A stretch of DNA of 63,235 nt, filler included, from Asterionella formosa (lineage: Eukaryota), in the NCBI GenBank assembly GCA_002256025.1. It is 5 parts of 5 records of this genome, joined end to end, with 100 filler letters (N's around TTAATTAATTAA, not from the genome) between each part and the next. Parts side by side here need not be neighbours in the genome. Positions count along the whole stretch, not along the records: positions 28,818 to 57,529 come from NKIB01001152.1; 4 more parts are not named here. One strand, given 5' to 3'. Of this stretch, positions 36,848-49,600 are shown one piece after another (within the stretch, counting starts at the first letter, position 1; each line of letters opens with the position of its first letter). The position numbers and the translations under genes were made by a program. Below the pieces are notes generated by a model, which saw nothing but the letters and a program-made list of their open reading frames with translations, was not told the origin of the DNA and made no database searches.

Positions 36848-38213
36848 GATGATGATGATGATGATGAGTAGTTGCTGTTGGGGTGTGGTGTGTTGGAGAG
36901 CAGTTGACTCTAGCTAAAGAATGAACAAACAACAAGTCAAAGGACTTTGAAGGAGGTGTATCAAGGTATCGGTGGCGAAGGAAAAAATGTAATGACTTCT
37001 GAAAAACCAAGAAATCATGATGCATCTCGTGTTTAAAAATCGCTCATGATGAATAGTAATAACTGTGTCCGTACGTACCGGTACGTAGATCATTGATCAT
37101 GCATGCAGCATGTGTCGCTATCTCCTACGGGTATTCTTCAGCGTGCAACGGACAAACCGAGCTGCGTTTCAACTTACTAATAGATCCCCCCATCGTTGAC
37201 TTGGTACATAACTCTACTGACATTCTTTGAAGCCCTTTGCTAGCCACCCATTTATTTGTTTTCTTCGGAAACTTTGATGAAATCGGAGAATTACAAGTGG
37301 ATCAATGCACATATATTATCTTCATTTAGGTATATCTTCAAATAAAAGTAGATCAGGGTTGAGACAGTTCACGTTTCCATCTTAGGGGTCATCAAAATGT
37401 GAGAAGGAAGTACGAAACATCCGGAATGTACACCCTTTCTATTTCAGTCGTCCAATCAAGCTCATCTAAAATACTCTGTTCTTCCTTTGTTCAACGTCAC
37501 ATCCAAAATACACATTGCCTCAGGACTCTCTCTTGATAGATTTCAAAAGAGAAGTGATAGAATCATAAAAGGTGCGGAGTGGTTGCGCGGACAAAAAACA
37601 ATCTACAAATGATGTTCAAAGCCGACGAGGCTTCGTTTCTGGATTCGCCATGATGGATGTTTTCCTGAAAATGTTAGGGACAATTGCTTCCGACTGCACA
37701 ATTCGAGGCATTTATACTTGAATTGGCTTTTAGTGCATGTTGCATCCATTGCTGTATTTGTTGTATACGCATGCACGCACACAAATTAGCAGGCATTCCG
37801 ATTGGTGATGCCACAATGATGATGTGTTGTTCTCTGCTTCTGCCATGCGCGATCTTGTTCTTTGGTTCTCTCGAACAATAAACTCGTATAGACACACGAC
37901 GATCAGTCTCTTTCGCTATTCATCGCTGGTTTCGAAATCTCATACAACGTTTCGTTCAATTTCCTGCTCCTCATCGCATTCAGGTCTTTTCCTTTTGTTA
38001 CTCGCAACGTTTCCTGAATTTTCACTGCTATTTGTTTCGCAGTCAATACCAAAGAGTGCCTGCTCAGTTCATTCGTTGATGACTATTAAACACACGTACA
38101 ATTTTTTGTCGTGCATTCATCTCTAAATATCAGACACACTTGTACCTTTTCAACTCACCCCACTTTTTCCTTTAATAATACACAGAGAGATAACTTCATT
38201 CTTTTTCAATAAT

Positions 38214-39817
38214 ATGACGCCCCAACAGCAAGTATCCACCACAACCATGGTGCAACAACAGCAACAACAGCAACAGCATTCCCTGATTATGTATAATGAT
38301 GAAGAACAAGACAACGATTTGCTTTGTCATGACCTGGATCAAGTGTTGGAACACGAGGAAGACATTATGGAAGATGAAGAAATCCACTCTTACGATGAGG
38401 ATGGTCAGCCGATTGTGGATTTAGATCAAATCGAAAGGCGTAATCTAACGGTTGCTTTAGTCAAATCGGTCGTGGATACTAGTAGTGCCAAGCCACCATT
38501 GGTATCACGATATGGATTACGACGACGTCGTCGACGTACGGAAAGCCCCTCTCAAGAAGAGGAAAGCGTCAAAAGGATGGAACAAGAGCTGACAACTGTT
38601 ACTCCTAATTCCAATCCTGGAATCCCTCTGCTGATACCTCCAGCGACTGGAATCCCGATACTTCGAAAACCACCTCCACTGATCAAACCACCCCCGCTTA
38701 AATCGACGCCGATAACTTGTGCGGTACCCAATCCACTACTACACACCATGTCGCCGTCAGTTTCTTCTGCGATACCTCCAACGACACTTCCATCAGATGT
38801 ATCGCATCAAGTATCCTCAACAAAGGTACCTTGTCCACTTCCAGCCCCAATCAAGCAAGAAGAATTTAGTAGGCCTCGCGGAAGAATCTTTTCAATTGAT
38901 ATTGATCGTAAGTACAATATTTTCAGCTCATTTGATTTGTTTGTCGTTTTCCCTTTCTAACGCACAAATGGCTTGGTGTCTCCGGAAAAATAGCTGCAGG
39001 TTTGGACTTTCCAGATATGGGGATGGAAATCTTAGGTGCTCAAGCTGATTTTACTGGAAGTATTCCGTTGCCACCAATCTCGACAACAACATCCGGAACT
39101 GTCACGCCATATTCAAATCAAGCTCAAAATACTTTAATGCCAGCACCATCAGCTCGACCTGCAATGCCTTTGTTTGCTATTTCTTCTTCTGACGCAATGT
39201 TGGGTGGTCGTGATAGAGCCATGTCCTTTGAATTCTTTTCATTTGGAATCAATGCCGATGAACCGTTGCCACCCGTAACCGAAAGTGGTGATGGCATTAT
39301 CGTGTACAATCATGAACAGTCACAAGGTGGCGGTGGCCGACCACGGGGTGATTCCATCATTTTTGATCCCATCAGTTTCCGCGACGGTGGGATTCACGAA
39401 GAAAAGGCTCTCCTTCGGTCTCGGACCAATTCATTGGACGTACCATCGGTGGATGAGCTTACTATTATGAATTCACCTGGCTTCACACCACAACCAGTAC
39501 CCAAAGAGGATGATGAAGAGCCCACACCTGTAACGACAACTACGGCTACGACTCAAATGGCAACCCTACCCTCCTCTCTTAATAATACTATGAATCACGC
39601 CACGTTTCAGATGGATCTCTTGAATAAGGATGGTCGGATTGGGATTTATTTGCCTGATTCTCGAAAAGCAAGGATTGCTAAATTTCATTCGAAACGCAAA
39701 ATGAGAATTTGGCGCAAACGTATCAAGTATGATTGCCGTAAAAAACTGGCCGATAGTCGACCTCGAATTAAAGGTCGATTTGTGAAACGATCTGATATGG
39801 ATGACGATGAGGAGTAA
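38214..39817 (+). CDS. CCT-domain protein, 2 exons
   Basis: C-terminal IGIYLPDSRKARIAKFHSKRKMRIWRKRIKYDCRKKLADSRPRIKGRFVKR. Intron donor at 38908; the acceptor AG ends at 38993 or 38999, and both keep the frame. Confidence 0.9.
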
Positions 39818-40117
39818 AACGTAAACCGAGTCACGATGGGGTCGGACTCAACAAGATTGTAAAGAAATTCTGGGCCTTCTACTGCTACTGGAAACGTTGT
39901 CACACAATCACCCTTTATAATATAGTACTATAGTCTTGTCATGCAACAGTTGTCAATGTTTGTTTACTACATGAATGTTATTTTGATGATTTGATGCCTT
40001 GAGACGTCATTAACATTCATCGTTCAAGCTCAACGTAAGTATATTACATATATACTCTCTATGAATCTCTTTATTCTGTCGAATGGGTGAAATGATTGAT
40101 GACCATCTCAAAATCAA

Positions 40118-43100
40118 TCAGTAGGTTGGATAAGTCCCAAAGTCTATGGGTATCTGGCCTGTGAATGCGTTGTTGCTAAACATCAAAAATGTGAGGCTAG
40201 TCAGGAGTTCAATCTCTGTTGGGATTGCGCTGGTGAAATCATTATTTCCCAACGCCAAAATATTGAGCCTACTAAGGAGTCCAATCTCTGTGGGGAGTGT
40301 GCCATTTAAAGCATTGTTTCCCAATGCAAGCGAAATGAGACTCGTCATGAGTCCAATCTCTGTGGGGAGTGTACCAGTGAAAGTGTCCATACTCCCCGAC
40401 AAATAAATGAGATTGGTCAAGAGTCCAAATTCTGTGGGGAGTGTGCTGTTGAAGGCATTGGTATTGATCCACAAATGAGCAAGGCTGGTCATGAGTCCAA
40501 TTTCCGTGGGGAGTGCACCGGTCAAAGTGTTGTTCCCTAAGATTAATGCGATCAGGTTGGTCATGAGTCCTACAGCTGTGGGCAGTGTACCTGTCAAAGT
40601 ATTGTTATCCAAGTATAACGCAAGGAGGCTTGTCGATAACCCAATCTGTGTGGGGACTGTACCATTGAAAAGGTTGTAACTAAACGAAAGGTAGCGGAGA
40701 TTTGTCAAGAATCCAATATCTGTAGTGATTGCCCCAGTGAAAGAATTGTTGTCGGCAAACACAAAAGTAAGACTTGTCATAAGTCCAATCTCTGTAGGGA
40801 GTTGACCTGTAAAAAGATTCCAACCGACATACAATTGAACAACGCTGGTCATGAGTCCAATCTCTGTTGGAAGTGTGCCATTGAAACTATTACCCGAAAT
40901 TTTCAGGTCTGCCAGTTTGGTCAATCTTCCAATTTCAGTGGGTATAGTGCCTGAGAAATAATTTGACTCCATTCTTAAAACATCTAGATTTTGTAATAGA
41001 AGGATCTTGGATGGAAATGTTCCTGAAAAATTATTTCCAGTAACATCGAAGTGTTCCATGCCTGACCAATTTCCTATGGGCAACCTCCCGGTGAAAACGT
41101 TGTTGTAGATGTCCAAATAGGAGAGACGTATCAAGAGTCCAATCTCTGAGGGAAATTCCCCAGAAAATTGGTTGAGTTCCAATGACAAATGTTTCAGACT
41201 TGTCAAGAGTCCGATCTCCGCAGGAATTGAACCAGCGAGTAAGCCCATTATTTTTTCTGATTTGGAGTCATAGAATCCACCAGTGCCCAAATGGGATAGT
41301 TTTCCTAAATATCCAACCTCACTTGAAAGCGTGCCACTTAATTTGTTTCCAGCTATATCCAAATATGTAAGTTTCGTCAGTTTCCAAAGCGTGGAGGGTA
41401 TTGACCCTGTCAAGTAATTATCAATGACGTCCAAGAATTGCAATCGATTCAGGTTTCCAATTTCACTGGGAAATTGTCCGGATAGGCGATTTGGTCCCAA
41501 ACACATGTAGGTTAACATTGTTAGTAGTCCTATCTCAGTTGGTAGGATCCCAGTCAAATCATTTCCTAGCAGAACAGCTCCCCCAAGATTCAAGTGCCCT
41601 GAAAATGAAGAAAAAAGGTAAATGCATTATTTTCAGGCATTGTTTTGGAATCAGTCAAATATATATTTAACCAGCCAAAGCAGTAAACAACGGCAACTTA
41701 CTTAGGTTTATTAGCCTGCCCAAATCTGAACCTATGTTTCCGGATAACAAAATATTGTCACTGAGATCCAAGGAGGCTGGCAAACATTGTCCGCGGTGAG
41801 TGATGGTGAGCCAAAATGAAATAGCAATCATGATTGTATCAAATACTTTTTGGGCAGGCTTACACAGATTAGACATTTTACCTAGTCCTGAAGGAATTTT
41901 TGCAAGATTATTTGAAGAACAGTCGAAATACTCTGGAAAGCAACAAAGTATTGCACAATATATAAGTCAAAAGGAATTTATTATGGCACATTATTTCTTT
42001 GGTGTCCACATATTTCTATCCACTTACCTAAATTCGACATCTGTCCCAAGCTCAAAGGAAGTTCGCTGATTGTATTGTTGCTCAAGTCAGCACGTCCTGT
42101 ACATGAGGCAAGAAGTACCAAAGTAGTTAGCTATGAAAATAATGCATTCAATGCAAGGGTATATGAAACCTGGTCTTACTCAAACTTGGATCAAGTGCTG
42201 CTATTTCTGGGGGAATAATTCCAACAAGGCCTTCTCCACTCAATTGCAATGATGTAATGACCGACCCATTGCAATGAACCCCTCGCCAATAGCAAAACGA
42301 GTACCCTTTAAAGGCGTTTAAACTCAACCATTGATCAGGGAGTTCATCTGTTGGCGAAAGCGTGCTAAACCATTGATCTCCAAAGGTTTCAAAATATATG
42401 ACAGCGAGGATATAGTACTGCAGAAGGTTGTAGTCCATGGAGCCATCATATACCTCTGATTCTACCCATGCCATCGCCCGTTGTTGGGACGAGGCATTAG
42501 TTGTCAGTGCCAACCCACCATCAAAGGAATTGGAAGCCAAGAATCCAAAAAAACTTGTAGAAGGACTAAATGATGGACTTTCGGATGGATACAGCGATGG
42601 AGCAGATGAGACTGTGGGTGATGGTGTCACGACAAATTTCTTTTCTGGGCGGGTGAACACAACAGAAATGGCAATCACGGCAGCTGCAATGCTAGTCACC
42701 ACAAATGACAGTAAGTATGCTCTCGTTCGACTTTTTTGTTGTGCCTTCTCTTCTGCTTCTTTGTCAATGACTGTAGCACTAGCTAAATCAGAATCATCGA
42801 CAAGAGTTGCTTTGATTGTTGTTGCCCTTCGTTCCTCGTCGTCACCAGGTTCAGTCAGGGACGATGGCGTTTGTCTGAAATTGGAGGAATCACCTTCTTC
42901 AGCAATGAAATCAAGTCGTCCTATTGCGAACGCTCCTGGCATAAACTGTTCTGTTTGTGACATGAGCATCTGATTCTCTGCTGTCGCTGGGACGGAACGA
43001 ATGCCGGATTGGTCTCTGGTCCTCAATTGGATGGATGAATCAAGCCGATCAGCTCCTTGATGTGATGAGAATTGCTCCTGTGCCGCTTCCTCGTCTTCTT

Positions 43101-43671
43101 CCAGTTTTTCTTCTCCATTCGTGTGACGCCGACGCTCAAGGATTCCGGCGCTTCTGTTGGCAATACTTTGTTTTGTGTGGAGGAACTCGTGTGCTGAAGC
43201 GCCCTGAACGACTTGAAAGGTTCCACTTGTCATTCCTTCAGAAGTCTGATGGCCTAGGTTGTTCTTGCCGTGGTCGTGCTTGGAGGGATACCTTGCAATG
43301 AGCCTTTCTTTGTTCCTAGCCAGAGTCTGCGAGGAACATGTAGTGAGTCTTGTCGAGTCCTTGTTGTGATTGTTTCTTGATGCCATACTTCTTGTCGCAA
43401 TCAAACGCTTCTCCACGAGAAACGACGACTCTTCCTGCCGCTCGCTGTCAGTTCCCCTCGTATTGCTGGATCCTCCATCATTCGTCAACGCAGGCACAGC
43501 TACTTCTGGCTCGACTGCTTGTTTTTTCATCAGTTCCTCAGAATCGCAAGTGATTCCAATATCAAATGGAGGAAGAGAAGCCGAAGGAACGATATTTTCC
43601 TCCTCGTCTTCGCCAAGATCTTTCTTCTTCCTGTTTGCGCTCTTTTCGTCTTCATTGATGGATGACGACAT
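40118..43671 (-). CDS. Type-II membrane LRR receptor-like protein, 5 exons
   Basis: Exon 1 43671-42180 (cytoplasmic region, TM LLSFVVTSIAAAVIAISVVF, PS linker, cap). Single-LRR exons 42096-42028, 41932-41864 and 41776-41702. Terminal LRR exon 41598-40118. All introns are GT-AG, phase 1, and keep the frame. Confidence 0.88.
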
Positions 43672-44759
43672 ATGGCTGGCTATCTAGTAAGTAGTATATC
43701 GTTGTTGATGGGCAAACACAGAATTGTAGCCATACAGCGTGTGGAATATAGCTCACAATCAATCAATCAAGATGATGGCACTCTAGGATACATTGTACGT
43801 ACAACTGATTATTTTAATTTTATTTATATATTTATTACAAAGCGAATACACATATATTGACGAATGATTCCTATCGCGCAGATCTTTCTGATTTTTAGTG
43901 CAAGTAAGTATTGACAATACACGTTCGATTGAGTGGTTGTATTCGCAGATATGTACATATACATGCACAGCTTTTGAGTTCGTCCTCGCCAGCGCCAATC
44001 TTCTGGTCGCGCCAAACTGTATATGGTACCAGGTCAAGGTCCAGGTCCAGGTACATGGTACCAGGGTACCTGATTGTACCTCTCCTGAATGCCATAGTAT
44101 TCTTCATCTGAATTTGGCTGCAGCATGGTATGATAACAACCATACATACCTTTTCTAAAAATTGGAGAATTAAGCAAACCTTGCTTGTCTGTGAGCTAAT
44201 GTCATGTCTACCTGGTACCAGGTAGTTAGAATGTGTTCATGGTTGCATCCGCCCTGCACTTACATGTTTAGAATTGGTACCTACCAGGTACACAAAAACG
44301 CGTACAGTACGTGCCTGGTATATGGTAGTACTTACATCCAGCAAGATCCAGTCAAGAAGGACAGCAGGCCAACCATTAAGGTCTACCATTACATATCTGA
44401 ATTCAGTGCAAAGGCCTCGGCCGATGGTTGTCCATCATACATAGCAAATGGATAGTGTGTAGTACCTGGTAGTCATTTTTACACTGTGCTAGCTATAATA
44501 TGAGTATTATGTAAAAAAGTTGCTGTAATATTCAATAATAGTGTTTGATTGGATGGTACAATTGGTTGGGGTAAGTGCACTGCACAGGCTGGGGGTAAGC
44601 GAAAACTCGGATCAGGTGCTATTGAAAACTGGAAAAAATGAAATACAGAGTACAAAAAGTGCTTGGACTTTCTGTGTTAATGGTTAGCTATTGCTTGCAT
44701 GTGGTCGCTTGGGGCTATTTCCCAACAGTGATCTGGAATGACTCAGATGAACATGATAG

Positions 44760-45225
44760 CAGATGGAACGCAGATTATATCTCAATTTTTGGAGCAATTA
44801 TTATACATGACAGGGGGAGTTTAAGCCTTGGAGAAATGCTTTTTTGTGGCCATGAAATGGAAATTTCAGAATGACAACTATCAAGTATAGAGCAAATTGA
44901 AGATGAATGTTGAAATACAATTGGCATTGGGAGGAGACTACCACAATGTAACAAATATTCCAAAGAAAGATGCACAGGATGGAACAAGAAACTTAGGAGC
45001 GATGTTTTCTTGAGAAGGAAAAGAAAATCATAAACTTCAGACACATATTCAGCAAGGAAACTAATTTTGAAAGTATCAGCTTCTAAACTACTCCGCCACA
45101 AAGCATTTATAGCATATCAAACTATGCTGCATCCATCTATGGAATATCCAGCATGTGCATCAATATTCAACAATGAGCAGTGTAAACAGATTGATTGATC
45201 TTACATGCATGCCTACTTTGCTCAC
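44760..45225 (+). mobile_element. Degenerate non-LTR (LINE) retrotransposon RT C-terminal fragment
   Basis: EQLLYMTGGV*ALEKCFFVAMKW...RNLGAMFS*EG and AFIAYQTMLHPSMEYP resemble the LLxxTGGxLxLxKC and thumb region of diatom LINEs; in-frame stops are present. Confidence 0.65.
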
Positions 45226-46298
45226 AAGGATCATCTGCAAATAAAAAGTATCATGCACAAATATGATCAAGGGTATTGTACGCTAAGTGGCACAGGATTT
45301 TCGTATATATGATAATTTTTGGATCAAAACTATGATCAAGGTATCTTGTAACTATGATGATTTATTAATATTTTAACAACCTTGAAGTATAATGATAATA
45401 AGAACATTATCATCACACAATGTATATTAACTGATCAACAACATTTCTAATCAAATATCATAAACCTTCTCATATTATTTTCACTTCTCGTGATCGCCAA
45501 ATGTAAATTATAAATACAACGCATCCTAAAATCAGCTCAATTCTATGCTATCATGTAAATTGTTTCATCGTATATCTATCTTAAACATGATCATAATACT
45601 AATCACAAGCATTGTTCAAAATAGATAGAAATGGATCGTAATTTAACTATCAAATTTAGCAATGCTATCTATGATTCTACAGGCCAGCGACCCAATGTTT
45701 CTCTATCTACTTGGCTCAATTTATATTGTTTCAGGCAGTGCCTACTAATGTTGCATCTCTTTCCCTGCTGTTAGTGTCGCTCTGAACTCGCCGACTATTC
45801 CGTTGTTTGATCGGTTTTATTGTCCTATGCAGTTACAGTAACAATGAGAAGGAATGATTTGTTAGCAAGTCATGTTAAATTGACACAATGACACGCAATT
45901 CCACCGTATCCTCTTGCTTCACTTACCACAAATCAAAGCAACGGATGCATAAGTCTGTAATAGTAAATTGTCAGCAAATTCTTGAATAAGTATGTTTAGT
46001 AAGTTTCAGGTATCCAATGTTGTCGAATAAAACTTGCCGATTCATTTTCGTTAGCTTAACTTTGAGAGAAGGTAAACGTGTCTGTCAGTTATCTATCAAC
46101 AGAAGTGATTAGGTGCAATGACAAGAGCACTTACCAATTTTGTTTTGTTTTACACTGGTGCTCTCCAACAAGCGAAATAAAGCTTTTGAATATTGAATCA
46201 ACTGAGAAGAAAAGAAACGTGCGTATAGTTTACAATTTGTTGTTGTCCTCCCAACGATTGTCATCCACGTACCACATTAATGTAGGAAGTGATATACT

Positions 46299-46647
46299 GG
46301 GGGTAGTCGGAGTAGTAAGCGAGCAACAGAAAACCATATGTTCAGGACCGTTGCTACTGCAGTGGGACAGTAAATTATCATAGTTTCAGGATTGTATGAT
46401 CGTAAAATCGAAAGGGGGTAGTCGGAGTTGTAGTAAGCAAGCAACAGAACACCATATGTTCAGGATGGTTGCTACTGCAGCGGGGCAGTAAATCATCACA
46501 GTTTCAGGATTGTATGATCGTAAAATCGAAAGGGGGTAGTCGGAGTCGTAGTAGGCAAGCAACAGAACACCATATGTTCAGGATGGTTGCTACTGCAGCG
46601 GGGCAGTAAATCATCACAGTTTCAGGATTGTATGATCATAAAATTGA
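46299..46647. repeat. Three-copy 115-118-bp tandem repeat
   Basis: Units begin GGGGGTAGTCGGAGT at 46299, 46414 and 46532 and share GCAACAGAA.ACCATATGTTCAGGA...GTTTCAGGATTGTATGATC. Confidence 0.95.
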
Positions 46648-49600
46648 GAGCAAGATATGCTATTACTCAAACTTGCTTCTGATTTTGTATACCATAATGT
46701 AAATATCACTGTTGGTCTAATGGTATTATATTTAGACAGCGTAAAATATTATATGTAGTGGCTGATGCTTCATTTCATTGTAGCTAGCAACACCTGATGT
46801 TAAGATCATCAAACTTTAAGGAAGACAACGACAAAAGTTATCTAGTAGTACAAGAAATGTCTTCAAAAGAACATAAAGAGGTTCATGGAACAAACAAGCG
46901 ACATGTGGCAAATACTGCCGGAATGGAACAAAGAAGCAAGTACCAAAATGAGTTAACAAAGAAAAGCGAATCGGCTATTATCCAAAGGAACCCAATTGGC
47001 GACAGGGAGTTAGTGGGGGTACTACCCCATCATCGATGGTAACACCATCAGCTACTAGTTCACAGGATTCCCCAATTGATACTGTAAGCGATGATGACGT
47101 TTCTACTTCAGTTGGTGTTGCTACAAGAAAAATGGCTCCTGTCGATGATACCATTAATAACTCCCGGATGCAGATGGATGACATAGTACCATATCATAAA
47201 TTTTCAAATCGCATGGACCAACAAGTACATGACAAACTGAGGGAAAAACATTTTGCACTTGCCAAAGGATATTATCAATTGGTCAATGGACTCAATCACT
47301 ACAAAGGTCGTTATTCGGTTCAAAACTCGTCCATGCAAAGTTTTGCTGTAAACATGTAAGTTTGATCGTGAATTGAAGGTACTGTAAAACAGAATATCAA
47401 TCTAATGTACTTTTTCCTGGTCGCAAAAGAGAATCAAACATCCCGCCCTGTCTGGTCCAAGTAGAATGAAAGGCAATTCCAATCAAAAACAGGATTGGTT
47501 TGCCCAATGTTGCCTAACTTGGCTATGCAAAGTGAAACCGGAGTTAGGCAAAGAATTGGAGAGTGACCCAGAGCTTGCCAATTTCATATGGAATGGTTCT
47601 GATGCATTACTTCCGATGAATCAGACCATTGAACGTACCAACAAGACATGTTTAGATTACATCAAATCAACATTTGGTGGCATGTGCATAAAAAAGTTGA
47701 GAGAATGTCAGAATGTATTGAATAATCAATTTAAAGGAATCTTAGGTAAGTTCTTGCAGGGCGGGAGATGTTTCCAAAGCATGATGTTTTGATTTTGTGA
47801 TTATATTCTTATCAAATATATTTCAATTTAAAAATGCTAACATAATCCATTACACTCCAGCTGGTCTAACAGAATATAACTTCCAGAATATGATATTGAT
47901 GACTTTATTTGGTGGGCATTCACGCTTTATCGATGTGCGCAGTCAAAGCACATTGACAGGGGGAGGCAAGGATACCAAGTCTGGCGTTATGTTCTTGCTC
48001 CAGTGTATTTTATAGGCAGGACAAGCCGTGGAGAACCATCTTTATCAGGAAAAAAATCTAGTGTGACCGAATATCAACTCAATGTTTGGGTACAGTGTGA
48101 ATTGCAATCACGTTTTGTTGGTTCGCTTATCAATGCCATTACAGAAGCCTTTTGCTTTCTTGGTGTTGAAAGGAAAATTTCGATTGCAACAAAAATATTT
48201 TGGTTTCAATCCAGATACCTATGAAATTTCAGAGAACGATATTCGTCATTCTACTGATTTTGTCGACATTGGTGGGAAACCACTTATCAAAAAAGAAAGT
48301 GTGAGGGAAGAAAGTTGAGTTTCAAATGGTCTCACTGATCAATGGACTGATGATTTACTCGGTTATTATAAGGAAATCTACTCTGGACTTTCACAAGAGA
48401 ATCGATCTGAATATGGAAGGAATCCTAGTGGAATTGCTACTTCCACAACAAATATCATCTACCCACACTCATACTTCTCATTTCCCAATGTAAGTGAAAA
48501 GGATATGCATCAATATGTTGAACCACTTCGACCAAATGTTCCTGAGAAGAATATTGATTACATTGAACGCATTAATCAATGGGACATTGATGATGACTTC
48601 GATTTTGAATGGATCTAACAGAATCCAATGCATTTTTAGTAGTTACATAATAAATATAGTTAGTGTGAGACTTCTACAATGCACAAACCATACCATAGAT
48701 GTTAAGAAAACATGTATGATATTGCTCTGTACTACCGGTAGTAGTGCCACCCGTATTGGTATACCTCTATTTTTATTATCATGGTGGAGTGATAATTTCA
48801 GGACCCTTTATTGTCAAGCACAGCATGTTCGGAGTGATGCAAAATTTATTATTATTAATTCATTTTCATTCTATCCTGTTCATATCCTGACTTTATCATC
48901 ATTTGAAAGGTGTTCAACATTTTTAAATCTAAATAGGAGCTCAAAATTTTGTCGATACAAAAGTGAAGAACAGTTATTTCCAACTGAAACATTTCCTCAT
49001 GAGAATTTGTCTTGTCACTTGAGGCCAAACTGTTCCAAGATGAAAGTATGTTGACTTGGTTGGTGGGTCAGATGTAACAGATAACAAATCGTCTGTTCGA
49101 TCTGGTTCTACCACCTGACGTTTTAAAACTTTCCAGGACTCCGTCTCAAAACGGAATTGTGTGTGCCCGTTTGCCAAGAAATTTGGTTTTGCCATTCCTT
49201 TCTAGTCGCTATAGAGTTTCCAACACTTTCACAATTGTAAATCGTCCACATGACCATCAACTATCATTTTCTGGTTGAAATAACATGGAATCATGTTCAG
49301 TGGCCATAATGAACGGTCTGCAATGGTGCTTTGGTGCCAGTATAGAAAGATTCCGAGAACCCAATTTCTACAGGTGTATGGTACTCTTGTGGAAGATATC
49401 CTGTATTGTTGCTTAACAATTCCAATTGTTTCGTGCATCCAGGGATGATGCAGTACTTACGGGCAAGGTGAAATACTTGATCCAATGTTCATTCAAATTT
49501 GCATCTTTTCCTGGATCACATACTTGACATAATCCATCACTTACAGCAAAACAATAATGCACAAAATGGTTGTTTTCCTCCTCATCTGATCTTTTGCAAT

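Noticed and set aside
36845..36868. (CAT)n run giving a poly-His ORF upstream of IMP3
   Set aside because: A simple 5'-UTR microsatellite; the His run is out of frame with IMP3
46299..46647. CRISPR array or hammerhead-ribozyme repeat
   Set aside because: There are no unique spacers and no cas genes, and no CUGANGA/GAAA core was found on either strand
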